Below, piece after piece: positions 23,501 through 33,791 of a stretch of DNA of 49,444 bases. The notes below the pieces were generated by a model, which was not told the DNA's origin, did no database searches, and saw nothing but the letters and a program-made list of their open reading frames with translations. How positions within the stretch are numbered: the first letter of the stretch is position 1; the number at the start of each line of letters is the position of its first letter. Source of the DNA: Nemertoderma westbladi (Eukaryota; Animalia; Xenacoelomorpha); the NCBI GenBank assembly GCA_032718475.1, contig JAUCBJ010002553.1:1-49444 (forward strand), read 5' to 3'. Made by a program: the position numbers and the translations under genes.

Positions 23501-25428
23501 AGTTGGGTGGTCTGTATCCCAGTATCAAATACAGCCTGATATCGGTGATGGTGAATACACTCCTTAGTATGTTGGATACGGGTTTGGATACGCGTTTAGT
23601 GGCAACCGTATCCAGTCTGCTACTGTCGCTGACCAGCCACTGGGCTGTAGAGGCGGCCTACACGGTGGCACCGTTGTTTATCAGTCTCCTCTCGTTGCGA
23701 TGCGACGGCTGCGTTCTCCCGGAGTTCTACGCGGCTGGGTACGCGGTGTTCGCGCAACGCGACGCTGTACTCCGCTGCATCTCGGAGAACCCCGAGGACT
23801 ACAGTCGGCTGGTTATCGCCGGGGTCAGTATAGCCCGGGTCGTTAACGGGCTGCTGAACAAGCTGGAATCCGCGACCCCTAGAACCAAGGAGACCCTCCT
23901 TGTCGCACTCCCGTTGCTCTCCACCACGCTAATCCTCCTCCACGCCGGAGACAAGGACTTCCGTAGCTCCGATATCGTTTCCGGTTGTTTCCTAGACAAC
24001 CTTCTCCACTTCGCCGGCTCCACGGTAACCAATAACTCGCACCAACTCGCCCGTTCGCTTCTCGCTACGCTCACTGAGTTCAGCGCTATACCCGAACTGG
24101 CCGCTTCTATTCGGCTGAGTTCCGCACTCACCCCCGCCCTGGTCGCCATAGCTACCGCTGCTAATCGCGTCGCTACGCAACCCTCTGAGTCCGCGTGGTC
24201 GGTCACCAAGAAACCCTCTGAGTCCGCGTGGCCGGTCGCTAAGCAACCCAATGAGTCCGCGTGGTCGGTCACCAAGAAACCCTCTGAGTCCGCGTGGCCG
24301 GTCGCTAAGCAACCCAATGAGTCCGCGTGGTCGGTCACCAAGAAACCCACTGAGTCCGCGTGGACGGTCGCTAAGCAACCCACTGAGTCCGCGTGGCCGG
24401 TCGCTAAGCAACCAGGTGAGTCCACGTGGACAGTTGCCTCCGCCCTGGTCTGCAGTCTCCTACAGTCGCAAGGAGCTACATTCGTAGAAACGTCTATAAG
24501 TTTTGTTGCTTCGTCTTTGGAACTCATTGAGTTGAGTTTGAATCCGCGCTCTATAGCTAACAACGGCTTTCCTGAGAGTTTGCTAAAACTTTCCGTTTCA
24601 ACGACTCGGCTGTTTCAGGGTCTGTCGACTCATTGGCGAGACTGGCGATTCGCTACCCCTCAGCTCTACAGTGACGTCATGAGAATGGTGTCTGGTTGTT
24701 GCCAAGTAACGCTGGGATTCCTACTACGACAAAACTATATGAAACACATTATTGAAAATAGTGGCACCGCCGGTGTAGTCGCCAGTGGTACGTCTGTTAG
24801 CACCGCTGGTGGGAGCGATTCCGATAGAACGTATCATTCTATAAGTGTCCGAGTGGACACGAGTCCGTCCGATTGTAGTGTCCGATTCAACTCGACAGTG
24901 TCGGACCTTCAGGAGGTGGTCGGTAACTGTATCGCGGGTCTGGTCAGCCAGACACCCCCGTTGGACCAGCTGATCTACAACCGAGCCTTGGACCTCGGCG
25001 CTTACGGGATGCTCCTATCGCTGGACTTCAGTTCCCCGAGCGTCGACCTGCAGACCGCGGACCCGGTGGTCCCGTTGTCCTTCGGCGGGGTGCTAGCAGC
25101 CGCCGCTTTGCGTCCGTCTCCCATGGCGACGCGGACCCCCACCGGATGCTGCCCCGACACCGTAGCCCTCCAGCGGTGTCTGGTGCTCCTCCTGTCCCAG
25201 ACGGTAGCGGTGCTGCGGTCCCCGAGGTTCCCTGACAAGGACAAGGATCTGTTGCGACGGGAGTTGGGGAGCGAACTGGGAGCGCTGTTGGAGGCGACGC
25301 AACGTCGTCGGAGTACTACGTCACCGGGGACACCGCGCAGACTCGCGCGTTACATCACACCCGGTTCCCCGGACGACCAAAGGTTCTTATCCCTTATTGG
25401 ACAGTTTATTCGTTGTGTACTGAAGTAA
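20587..25428 (+). CDS. NUP188: Nucleoporin NUP188 homolog, single 1613-aa ORF
   Basis: Colinear motifs recalled from NUP188: DIFKSQKFG, FWNVGLGEGLGSILGELLCRMP, PGTTG..ITWEAEYNGWSL, YGKLLREFEIPGAEFGVT, IATLAAILLKRIAAVAP, QPALA, DKDLLRRELGSELGALL. Confidence 0.88.
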   Translation: MASSSGTFDNLIAEYDRLTGNGSTPSSGEAVSLSEDTIALLDVLGNILLHVSDSNTQNIDITKTVKLLDIFKSQKFGRSFYKLKSEQDLISTIHVTIIIASLNLRDNANHRGISLKPLLHKISNNLDETPACGPIFLLGSVLELIVDVESEIAIADSAKAMELGAFSYIHGMLVTADSCSHTVKRCVYRTVYDLLSIVVNVFHAGHLVVSCDTIHDTVAKILSDDSLSYDFWNVGLGEGLGSILGELLCRMPLTISYCLPILSSLVVHSPKPVISLLQSLSNYSELLSDDLLSGIRWESETNCVLSRRRTVVEGVLALEPGTTGVVGQAGGCVGHLDDVTKQPLDLSVITWEAEYNGWSLILVKLRSASRVRGQIDPALLECIRLISSLIASQPHLVASFASLYSSTLNLFHNRLSLLQTFTTNSYLSIKYTLEFLNSLASLQPDSVVSNLVGCNFIARRIADSVYGKLLREFEIPGAEFGVTVCVASIVAKVVQASKDESSRPSYLSDKPSYVSDKPSYVSDKPSYMSDKPSYVSDKPSYLSDKPSYMSDKPSYVSDKPSYVSDKPSDEFSSLFNFLVTDVFQAYLDWKFQSNLDKLRLGLSLLSLYHETVDQPVGPLSLVCLSNVLTTSIGSHLIDLVVYAAQLLLQPAHIGEFLSNLLVKRTLVLAMSALNRSVLLRSELVAKEERPSVAKETHPPLVTDLETSFRSGKPIVSLFNLVTGSTDYQIATLAAILLKRIAAVAPSTFYYFIYRDVQPITKFFSSQFQSDVVPLNFRIELLQLFVAIVQMQPALAASLLRQPATPTSSLRMPEPDPGGRKRRSQRALPDIPEESPSCLEAIVGAVEGPGFAEPGLQGALLAALSAVWRERKELAMGELRFRPELWSRVREAVASLGDPSSGTRCATVALGLLACEIHNAQTLGHLSGLDLSSRLVPWARHVSEAIAAALEGVEALVDAWRAFLLAVAKRPDELGGLYPSIKYSLISVMVNTLLSMLDTGLDTRLVATVSSLLLSLTSHWAVEAAYTVAPLFISLLSLRCDGCVLPEFYAAGYAVFAQRDAVLRCISENPEDYSRLVIAGVSIARVVNGLLNKLESATPRTKETLLVALPLLSTTLILLHAGDKDFRSSDIVSGCFLDNLLHFAGSTVTNNSHQLARSLLATLTEFSAIPELAASIRLSSALTPALVAIATAANRVATQPSESAWSVTKKPSESAWPVAKQPNESAWSVTKKPSESAWPVAKQPNESAWSVTKKPTESAWTVAKQPTESAWPVAKQPGESTWTVASALVCSLLQSQGATFVETSISFVASSLELIELSLNPRSIANNGFPESLLKLSVSTTRLFQGLSTHWRDWRFATPQLYSDVMRMVSGCCQVTLGFLLRQNYMKHIIENSGTAGVVASGTSVSTAGGSDSDRTYHSISVRVDTSPSDCSVRFNSTVSDLQEVVGNCIAGLVSQTPPLDQLIYNRALDLGAYGMLLSLDFSSPSVDLQTADPVVPLSFGGVLAAAALRPSPMATRTPTGCCPDTVALQRCLVLLLSQTVAVLRSPRFPDKDKDLLRRELGSELGALLEATQRRRSTTSPGTPRRLARYITPGSPDDQRFLSLIGQFIRCVLK
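22097..22290 (+). repeat. In-frame 21-bp tandem repeat (PSY[LVM]SDK, about 9 copies) inside NUP188
   Basis: CCRTCRTAYDTRTCVGATAAA units. Confidence 0.95.
24170..24437 (+). repeat. In-frame 33-bp tandem repeat (P[SNT]ESAW[SPT]V[TA]K[KQ], about 8 copies) inside NUP188
   Basis: GAGTCCGCGTGG recurs every 33 bp with alternating A/B variants. Confidence 0.95.
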
Positions 25429-27697
25429 ATTAATTGTTTATTATTTAGCAATCCCCCCCCCCCCCCCCCCCCATTATGCAATGTAGCTGTAGATGTACAA
25501 ATAATAATATTTTTAAACTTAATTATATTTTTCCTGTTAATGTCTATATTTATAGGAAATTAAGTTGTTTTGCTATAGTTAATAAAAGCAATCAGTTATT
25601 ATGGGTTTAGAGTAAAACGCGGATTTAACATTTACCTACGAAATTCGACGACTGATTTTCCAGAATCCGTAACTGATTGTAAAACGCGTATTGGCATTTT
25701 ATTCAGATCCCGATGCGAGATAAAGCACTCAATGGAGACAACTACATCCCAACAGTCATTGGTGAGATAAGCTGAACCCTTCAGCTTGCTGTTGATATTG
25801 TCAAGGTTATAGAGATTGACAGGCATAATGCCGATTTTAATTTAGATTATAAATCTATTTTGACAAAAATTAAAACATACCATGAAAATGTAGCCGTTGA
25901 GGGAACCTTAAAATATTTATTTTCTGAGACAGATGGAGGATATAATATTGTAACTGACGCAAAACCCGCCTTGGTGAATCAACAATGTTGATTTTCAATT
26001 TAGGGAAAGGAACAGGTTGCAGTGGCAGTCTATTCTAACCAAAACAATAACAGAAAGCCTAGAACACGGTTGCAGTTTCATTTTTGCTCGTAATCAGCTG
26101 TTATTTCTTTTAATTTATCTTAATTAATTTATCTCAGCATATCTATTATTATGTATCAATAATCGTTGTCTATAAAATCTATTAAAAGAACACTGTTAAG
26201 GTGGTCACGCATTGTCTTGAGATCCTCCGAAAGTATGTGTCCCTCGGGGGGGGGGGGGGGATTCAGATAAGAGTCCCGCTGGTTTAGGCAGAATAATAAC
26301 AGTATCGAGCTGGTTCTTAAATTCAAATCTATATTTTTTCGCCGGTTTTAGACCCTATATTGTTGTTATATTACAGTATTACACAACTCTTCGATATGTT
26401 CCATATTACTGTAGACCACTCTAGCGAATGTCGAGCAGGCGAGGGCGTTGCCAAACATCCAAACATTGCTATGGGCTACGGCAATTGCATTGCACAGCAC
26501 TTCCCTTAGTTCCCCACCATTACTGCTACTGCATACAGATACTATGTCCACGTCCAGCCATAGCCAGACCAAGATCATGCCCTTTCCCCTTGGCTGCCAG
26601 GCCCCTGTCTCAGTGGCGGTCCGTGGCCAAAATAGTTGGTTGGGCCGGACCCAAAAATTTATGAATACGGTGGACTCATTGAGACACCAAAATGTGTAGT
26701 TTATTTTGCTTTAAGATTAAGATTATATTGCTTATAGAATATGTTATGTGAGTTCAGTGTGCATTTGGGGGAAGTTTGGTGAACTGCATTTATGCAGTGA
26801 ATCCAAACCTTTGAGGGATATCATACACTTAAGACACGCTCGGGTGTCGGGGAAATATTTGTTACTGTCACACCTTGCTTCCATTTATCCCATCCTATAT
26901 TATTACTCCAGTCAGATAAGAGATAGTCTGTCCGTAATATTCGTCATTTAGAACTTTAAACTGTCTTTCATGCAAACAAAATTCTAACTAAAGACGGGTG
27001 AATGACCTGACCATGCTGCCATGACCATGGAAATAATTTTAAATATAATTATATATCAAATATTTGGGGAGGATTCAAAGTTAAACCCCAAAACAATTAT
27101 TTATTTCGTTACATACAGTAATTCCGTTGTATGTTCTGTTCAAAATTCCTCTCATAATAAAATATAAATGAAATATCTTTGATCGCTGTAACATTTCACA
27201 ACCAAAATGTTTCAGTGTGAAAAGTGTACCACACGCCCGCCCAAACAGCCGCAAACGCATAGCCAACTTATTAACAAAAGGTTACATACATACGGCTTTC
27301 TCTCGGTTAAATAATTTGATATTTCAGCAACTACCACCAAGACCAACAAGCCAAAAACAAAAAACATAAAATTATCAATAAAATAAATAAAATTATTTAA
27401 TTTAATGTGTGAAGAAATAAAGAAAAAATAATAAAATTAATTTTCCAAAATAAGCCACCATACTCCTCATTGATTCCGCTAGGCTGAGATATTAATAAAG
27501 TGCAGGTGCAGCTCTGTCTCAGTCTGTAGCTGCGAAATGAGAAGAAATCGACCTGTGGGCCCAACGATTTAGGCCCACCATCCTATCAAATGAAACATTA
27601 TTTTCACAGTCTGAGATAGGGCGGTAGGGAGATATTAGATATTCCTATGAAAGCTGATTTAACTGGCGGCGTGGCAGCACAGGTAGTAGTTATTATT

Positions 27698-29290
27698 GTG
27701 GGGCGAGCCACGAAGTGAGTGAGCCTTAGCGTAGTGGTACCATTAATCAACCTGTCGTTCTGTCGTTCTGTCGTTCTGTCGTGTTCAATTTTAAACGTTA
27801 ATAACTCGGCCATTCTTTGATGAAATCTATCCAAACTTGGTACACATGTTGTTTGGCAAAAGTTTAGAAATTTTCCAAGTAGAATTTCCGTGTGGCCTTC
27901 GAGAAGCTAAGATAATAGCAGTTAATTAGTTAATTAAGTTGATTGCGGTGAAAACGCCATTTTCAACCTGCCTTTTAAAGGAAATTAATTGTTTTACAGT
28001 ATAAGATTTAAATAATTATACTTAAAAATTATACAGATATAATCCCCATACGCCATTCTATTATAGTTTTTAATTAGTTTAAGTGATTTGCTTTAATAAA
28101 TGTGTCTTTAATTGATCTAAACGTAATTAAACCGCACAATTATTGAGTACAAATTTAATCCTTCCCATTATTGGTCAAGTCTCTGCTGGTGTGGAGCTAG
28201 CTGCTGGGAGTTGTGGCTGTAGACTAACCTGAGAGGAATTGTAATAGAGGCAACCAGTATTGCTATTCCAGCCCAATCACTGAATTGTGTTTATTATAGG
28301 CTGGACGGGCCGCATAACCGTTCGACTATTACTACTATATATAATCCAACATCCCAATATCCTTCCTGTATTGACTCTACTATAAGTGTTGTATTGCTAT
28401 CTCAGTTAAATGACAGATATAATAACATAAATACAATCCATGGCAAGGCTGTTGTAGGCTTCTGAAATAGTTTATTCCACAATATGTCTGGTTATTTTTT
28501 AATTGAATTTTTGCAAAGTAGTAAAATTAATGTTCTTAAAAATAATATTATTATTTTATATGTAACCTAGGAAATTAGCTACATTTTTTCGCTGCAGCTT
28601 TAAGAGTGTACATTGATTTAATATTATTTCAATACCCATATTACTACATCGGCATAAGATGCGTTGGCGTTGTATCACACATCTCCACATAGATGTATCA
28701 ACAGTTACTCGCACAGTTTCGAAACTTCGCATAGTTATAACTGTATAAAGATCGTCAGTCTGCGTTTAGGAAAAATATTTTATGACAAAACAGGACAAGC
28801 GACGAGCGCAACGATGCATATAATGAAGACGAGTACTGCGTTGACTAAATTATTATATAAACCACCTGGCTTCACATATTGATCGCATCCCTAGTTATTA
28901 TTATTATAAAGATCGTCCTAGCCTGCGTTTAAGAAATATATTTAAATACAAAACAGGACGAACGCAACGAGGCTTATAATGAAGACGAGTACTGCGTTTA
29001 TTATATTCCTATAAACCACCTGGCTTTGCATATTGAACGTGCGATTGGAAATAAGTTCGTGCTACCCTTCCGTGGGTGGTAGATGTCGTGGTTATGTATT
29101 GGTTGGTAGGAAGGGGGGGGGGGGGGGGGGGGGGGGAGATTAAAAGGGGTGAACACGTACTGTCCACCTTTCTTTGATTGATTGGTGGTGTGGGTAAATT
29201 TCTCAAAACCTGATTTTGTGATACAGTCGCTGCATTTTAATTTGTATATAATAACTAGGCCTCGTGCTGCGCGAAGTCCCCACGAACGTG
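27698..29290 (+). mobile_element. 1.6-kb non-autonomous Helentron/DINE-1-like element, copy 1
   Basis: Starts GTGGGGCGAGCCACGAAGTG, then (CTGTCGTT)n microsatellite, AAACTTGGTACACATG, internal ~160-bp duplication, poly-G, 3' hairpin ending CCCCACGAACGTG; no coding capacity. Confidence 0.8.
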
Positions 29291-29529
29291 TAATAATTGT
29301 GTTGATTGGATATTGGGCCGGTTCCTCTCTGGCCCACCATCCCTTAATACAGACTAGCCAGAAGGATTCACTACCCACCAAACCCTGGCCTGGTAGATAA
29401 TATAGGGTCAATTATCTGTGGTTTGGGCCCAGAGATTTTGGCCCTTCATCCAATCAAGTAGATGTAGGGATCTATAGTACAGGGTCCGAAACTCTATGTA
29501 ATTTTTATTTAGAAAAGTTACAAAATTCG

Positions 29530-30180
29530 GAAAAGTTATTTTTATAACCCGTTTCTGAGGATTCGTTTTTCAAAATCTACTTAGCCTATCAGCCTCAAAA
29601 CGTACCGGTCTAGACCTAATACCTGCCCGTTTTCTTAAGGATGGTGCTGAAGTACTTAAAGTGCCTGTAGATAATGTAGTACCAGACAAACTGAAATTAG
29701 CTAAGGTTGTTCCTCTGTATAAAAAGAATATTAAAGTAGAATCCTGTAATTACAGACCTGGAAGTATCTTAAGTATTGTATCTAAAATTCTAGAACGTTC
29801 TGTTTTTCTACAGCTGGAAGCACATCTTAGTAGGCTAAATCTGATCTATGAACTTCAGTCCGGTTTTCGTAAATCATATTCTACAGACACCTGCCTTATT
29901 AACTTGACTGATACAAAAATTAGATGTAATAACGCAAAGGGTTTATATACTGGTATGGTAACGTTGGACCTACAAAAGGCTTTCGATACTGTAGATCATG
30001 AAATTCTGCTTGGTAAGTTAGGCCTGATGGGTGTAGGTTCTATCTATAGACTGGTGCAAGTCCTACCTGTCAGACAGAGGTCAAACTGTAGTCATTAGCA
30101 AATCGCAGTCTACTGTACAAGAGATTACCTGTGATGTACCGCAAGGTAGTATATTAGGTCCTCTGCATTTTGTATGCTAT
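29530..30180 (+). mobile_element. L2/Crack-type LINE reverse transcriptase fragment (pseudogenised)
   Basis: TGLDLIPARFLKD, KLAKVVPLYKK..NYRP, QSGFRKSYSTDTCL, LDLQKAFDTVDH, VPQGSILGPLHF; contains frameshifts and is cut off by the insertion at ~30181. Confidence 0.9.
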
Positions 30181-30620
30181 GTGGGGCGAGCGACGAAAGT
30201 ATGCGAGCTTACCATACAGGTACCACTCACTCAATCGGTGTGTCTGTTGATCTATTGTGTCCAATTTTAAACGTTAATAACTCATCCAAATGTTAATGAA
30301 ATTTAACCAAACCTGGTACACATGTAGTCTGGCAAAAGTTTAGAAATTTTCCAAGTTGAATTTTCGCGTGGCCTTCGAGAAGCTTAGATAATAGCAGTTA
30401 ATTAAGTTGATTAGGGTAAAAACATCAATTTCAACCTGCCTCCTTAAAGGATATTAATTATTTATCTAGTATAAGATTTAAATAATTATACTTCAAAGTT
30501 ATACAGCTGTAATCCCCATACAACATTCCATTATAGTTTTTAATTAGTTCAAGTGATTTGCTTTAATAAATGTATCTTTAATTGATCTAAACGTAATTAA
30601 AGCGGCACAATTATTGGATA
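30181..30620 (+). mobile_element. Diverged, 3'-truncated relative of the 1.6-kb Helentron-like element
   Basis: GTGGGGCGAGCGACGAAAG start; next ~400 bp align by eye with 27698-28145. Confidence 0.8.
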
Positions 30621-30803
30621 GTAATATTTACTGACAGTTGTTACCGGTTATTAACAGTTATCCAATTTTTGCACAGGCTATCCAACAGTTATCCAATTTT
30701 AGCACAGGCTATCCAACAGTTATCGAAAATGTATTTAAAAGGCGAAAATGGTCTCCCGGCTGCCGGCTGTCTGGGATTTTTTCATTTTTACATTTACTGT
30801 TAG

Positions 30804-32780
30804 CCCTATTACCACTGGGGTGTTTTGACCATTAGCACCACTGGGGGGGGGGGGGGGGGGGGGGCGATTCGGCCCACCCACTATATTTTTGTAATCGTCC
30901 AATGAAATCCTACAAAATTTGGGCTGTTGGTAAAACAACTATAGATGAACACTACCAAACCTTAAAAAGTTAAAATTTCATAAGCAGGGAATCATAATTT
31001 TGATGAAAAATACAAGTAGTCCCAGGACAAAATTACAAAATTTTTCGTTTTCTAAAAAGTAATAGTGTGGCAGTGTTGGCTAGATTTAGTAGGTTTTTTA
31101 GACGCTGAATCGAATGTGAATATATTCCATTTCCAAAAAATGGAGTGGATGCTATTTTTCGTGCAGCTAAGAAGTGGGCGTGGCACTTCAAATTTTGAAA
31201 AATTAGATATTCAGAAAATGCCCCTAATTTTTTATTTCAACGCATCTTTATAGGTTTTCTGGGCCGTTGAATCGATTGAAAGTAATATAGAAGCCTGAAG
31301 ACTTAGTGGTTCGCCATTTTTGGTGCACCAAAATTAGGGCGTGGCACTTCAAATTTTGAAAAATACGAGATTCGGAAAATAAACCAAAATTGAAATTTTA
31401 ACGCATTTATATGGGTTTTCTAGACCGCTGAATCGATTGAAAGTAATATAGAAGCCTGAAGACTTAGAGGTTAGCCATTTTTAATGTACCCAAATTAGGG
31501 TGTGGCACTTCAAATTTTGAAAAACGAAATGAAAAATTTTGGTGCACCAAAAATGGCGAACCACTAAGTCTTCAGGCTTCTATATTACTTTCAATCGATT
31601 CAGCGCTCCAGAAAACCAATAAAAATGCTTCGAAATCAAAACTTTAGTAAATTTTCCGAATAAAGTAATTTTGAAATTTTAAAGTGCCACGCCCTAATTT
31701 TGGTGCTCCAAAAATGACGTACCACTACACTTACATACTTGTATAGAGCATTAGAGTGATCCAAACTAATAAAAATAAATAAAAATAGCCCAAACATAAA
31801 TAATTACTAAATCACGAATGACTTTGTAAAATTCGAAAATTTCAAAAAATTTGGTGCTGGAGACCATGGCCTACTTAAATAGCAGAGCGACGCCACTGTG
31901 CCAATTTTTTGACTTGGCTTTCATCAGATACCAGGTAATTGGATCATGGAGAAAATAATGCGTTGGATTCCCAGTCATATAAAACCTATATGGATCGAAA
32001 AAGGCCGCACTATCATGAGTATTGAAGGTTTCCAAAAAATAGCTGTAATTTTCATGTTGGACCCACATTTAGTAGCCAGTGAAAAATACATAGCATACTG
32101 GGTTCATTCGAATCATCTAGAAAATACTTTCATTGGATTCCCTGTGTAATCAATAATAATATCTACATAGATTGTAAATCATGGCAAATAAATGAGTATT
32201 ATATGTATCTGAAAAATGAAATTTTCATGTTGAACCAACATTCGGCACCCAGTGAAAAGTATCATACCTGATAAACCATTCGTCAGGAAAATATTTCCAT
32301 CACGTTCGCCATCCTTGAGAACCTTTATAGGTGATGGGTGACTGGTGCGTTTTAAAGGTTCTGGTTTATTGAAACTTTCATGATGAACCCACTTTTGGGG
32401 TACCCATTGGTTTTCATGAAATATTTCGAAAACTAAAGAAGGTATTACAAAACCGATTGCATATTTGAAATCTCCATAAAATTTCAGATAATATACAACA
32501 ACTTGATTGTCTTTATCCAAATATATAAACCACCTCGACAACTTTGAAAAATCGACCCACTAATTTTTTGGCCTTGCTGCCATTTGGCAGGCCGTATTTA
32601 AGTAGGCCATGTGGAGACCAAATTTTGAGGTGGCACCCACATCGATAAGTAGAAATCCAATAGCAACGTCGTTTTTTGCAAAAGATGCGGCATTAAATTT
32701 GGTCAATTCTCAATAAAAATTTGGCCATAATGTGGTTGCATAGTTACAGCAACTAAAAACTAGGAAGGGGCCGAGGTTAT
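30804..32780. mobile_element. Probable non-autonomous DNA transposon relic with 161-bp direct and inverted repeats (ends approximate)
   Basis: piggyBac-like start TTAG|CCCT; GGGYGTGGCACTTCAAATTTTGAAAA at ~31176, 31337 and 31498; inverted copy at ~31540-31730; right end not found. Confidence 0.55.
31865..32611. mobile_element. Non-autonomous P/Galileo-superfamily transposon, 747 bp, nested
   Basis: 17-bp TIR CATGGCCTACTTAAATA / TATTTAAGTAGGCCATG; 7-bp TSD TGGAGAC at 31858-31864 and 32612-32618. Confidence 0.88.
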
Positions 32781-33149
32781 TAGAAAAATAAATACTCTAT
32801 GTCTATAACATGAGTCTTTTATGGAAAACATGTACCCTTACACATTTTACAACAATTACATAGAGGTGGTATTACATTATACATTAAGTTGACGTATAAT
32901 TTATGTAAAACTTGTGGAAATTATGGAATAATATAGCTAAATTAATATAAAAACATGAATCTAAACTCAACATCAACTCAGTTTGATAAATACTTTCAGT
33001 TTAAGATGATAACGTCCACACATCTATAGTTTGTACATCCTATAGACGGACAGACAGACCGAGGTACCCCAGTTTTTATGTTGACATCACAGGATTCCCC
33101 CATCAGGATACTTATTGGTGTCTTTATGAACGGAGTGTATCTGTCTCCT

Positions 33150-33791
33150 TAGATTACGTTTTTTACTACTTGTTTGTCTCAATAAACGCAATTATAATTT
33201 ATACCTTTATGAATTGATTCCATGTGTCACTTTAGTTTACTTTTTTTGAGTAAATTGTTTGTCACAAGATTCACAATTATACATGATACCTTTCATGAAC
33301 TGATTCCATGTGTATCTTCAGATATCCTTTGTCAATGAAATGTTTGTCACAAGAAACGCAATTATATTTGATTGATGCCTTTATGTACTGATTCCATGTG
33401 TCTCTTCAGATGTCCTTTGACACTAAATCGTTTGTCACAAGAACCGCAATTATACTTGATACCTTTATGTACTGATTCCATGTGTCTCTTCAGATGTCCT
33501 TTGACACTAAATCGTTTGTCACAAGAACCGCAATTATACTTGATACCTTTATGTACTGATTCCATGTGTCTCTTCAGATGTCCTTTGACACTAAATCGTT
33601 TGTCACAAGAACCGCAATTATACTTGATACCTTTATGTATTAATTCCATGTGTTTCTTTTTCTTCAGACTCTGTTTGTTACTAAATTGCTTTTCACAAGA
33701 ACCGCACTTATACTTGATGTCTTTAAGTACTGTTCCCATGTGTCTCTTCAGATGTCCTTTGTCACTAAATTGTTTGTCACAAGAACCGCAA
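33150..33791 (-). pseudogene. Out-of-frame continuation of the zinc-finger array (5 readable fingers plus 2-3 degenerate)
   Basis: Same 87-bp unit; 2-bp loss at ~33795 and 4-bp gain at ~33368 relative to the unit. Confidence 0.8.

Noticed and set aside
22854-24563. Long antisense and alternative-frame ORFs (224 aa, 254 aa) over NUP188
   Set aside because: Expected shadows of GC-rich and repetitive coding sequence; no recognisable domains
25632-27270. Short ORFs and splice-like sites suggesting another gene
   Set aside because: No recognisable homology or consistent exon chain; RNA-seq would be needed
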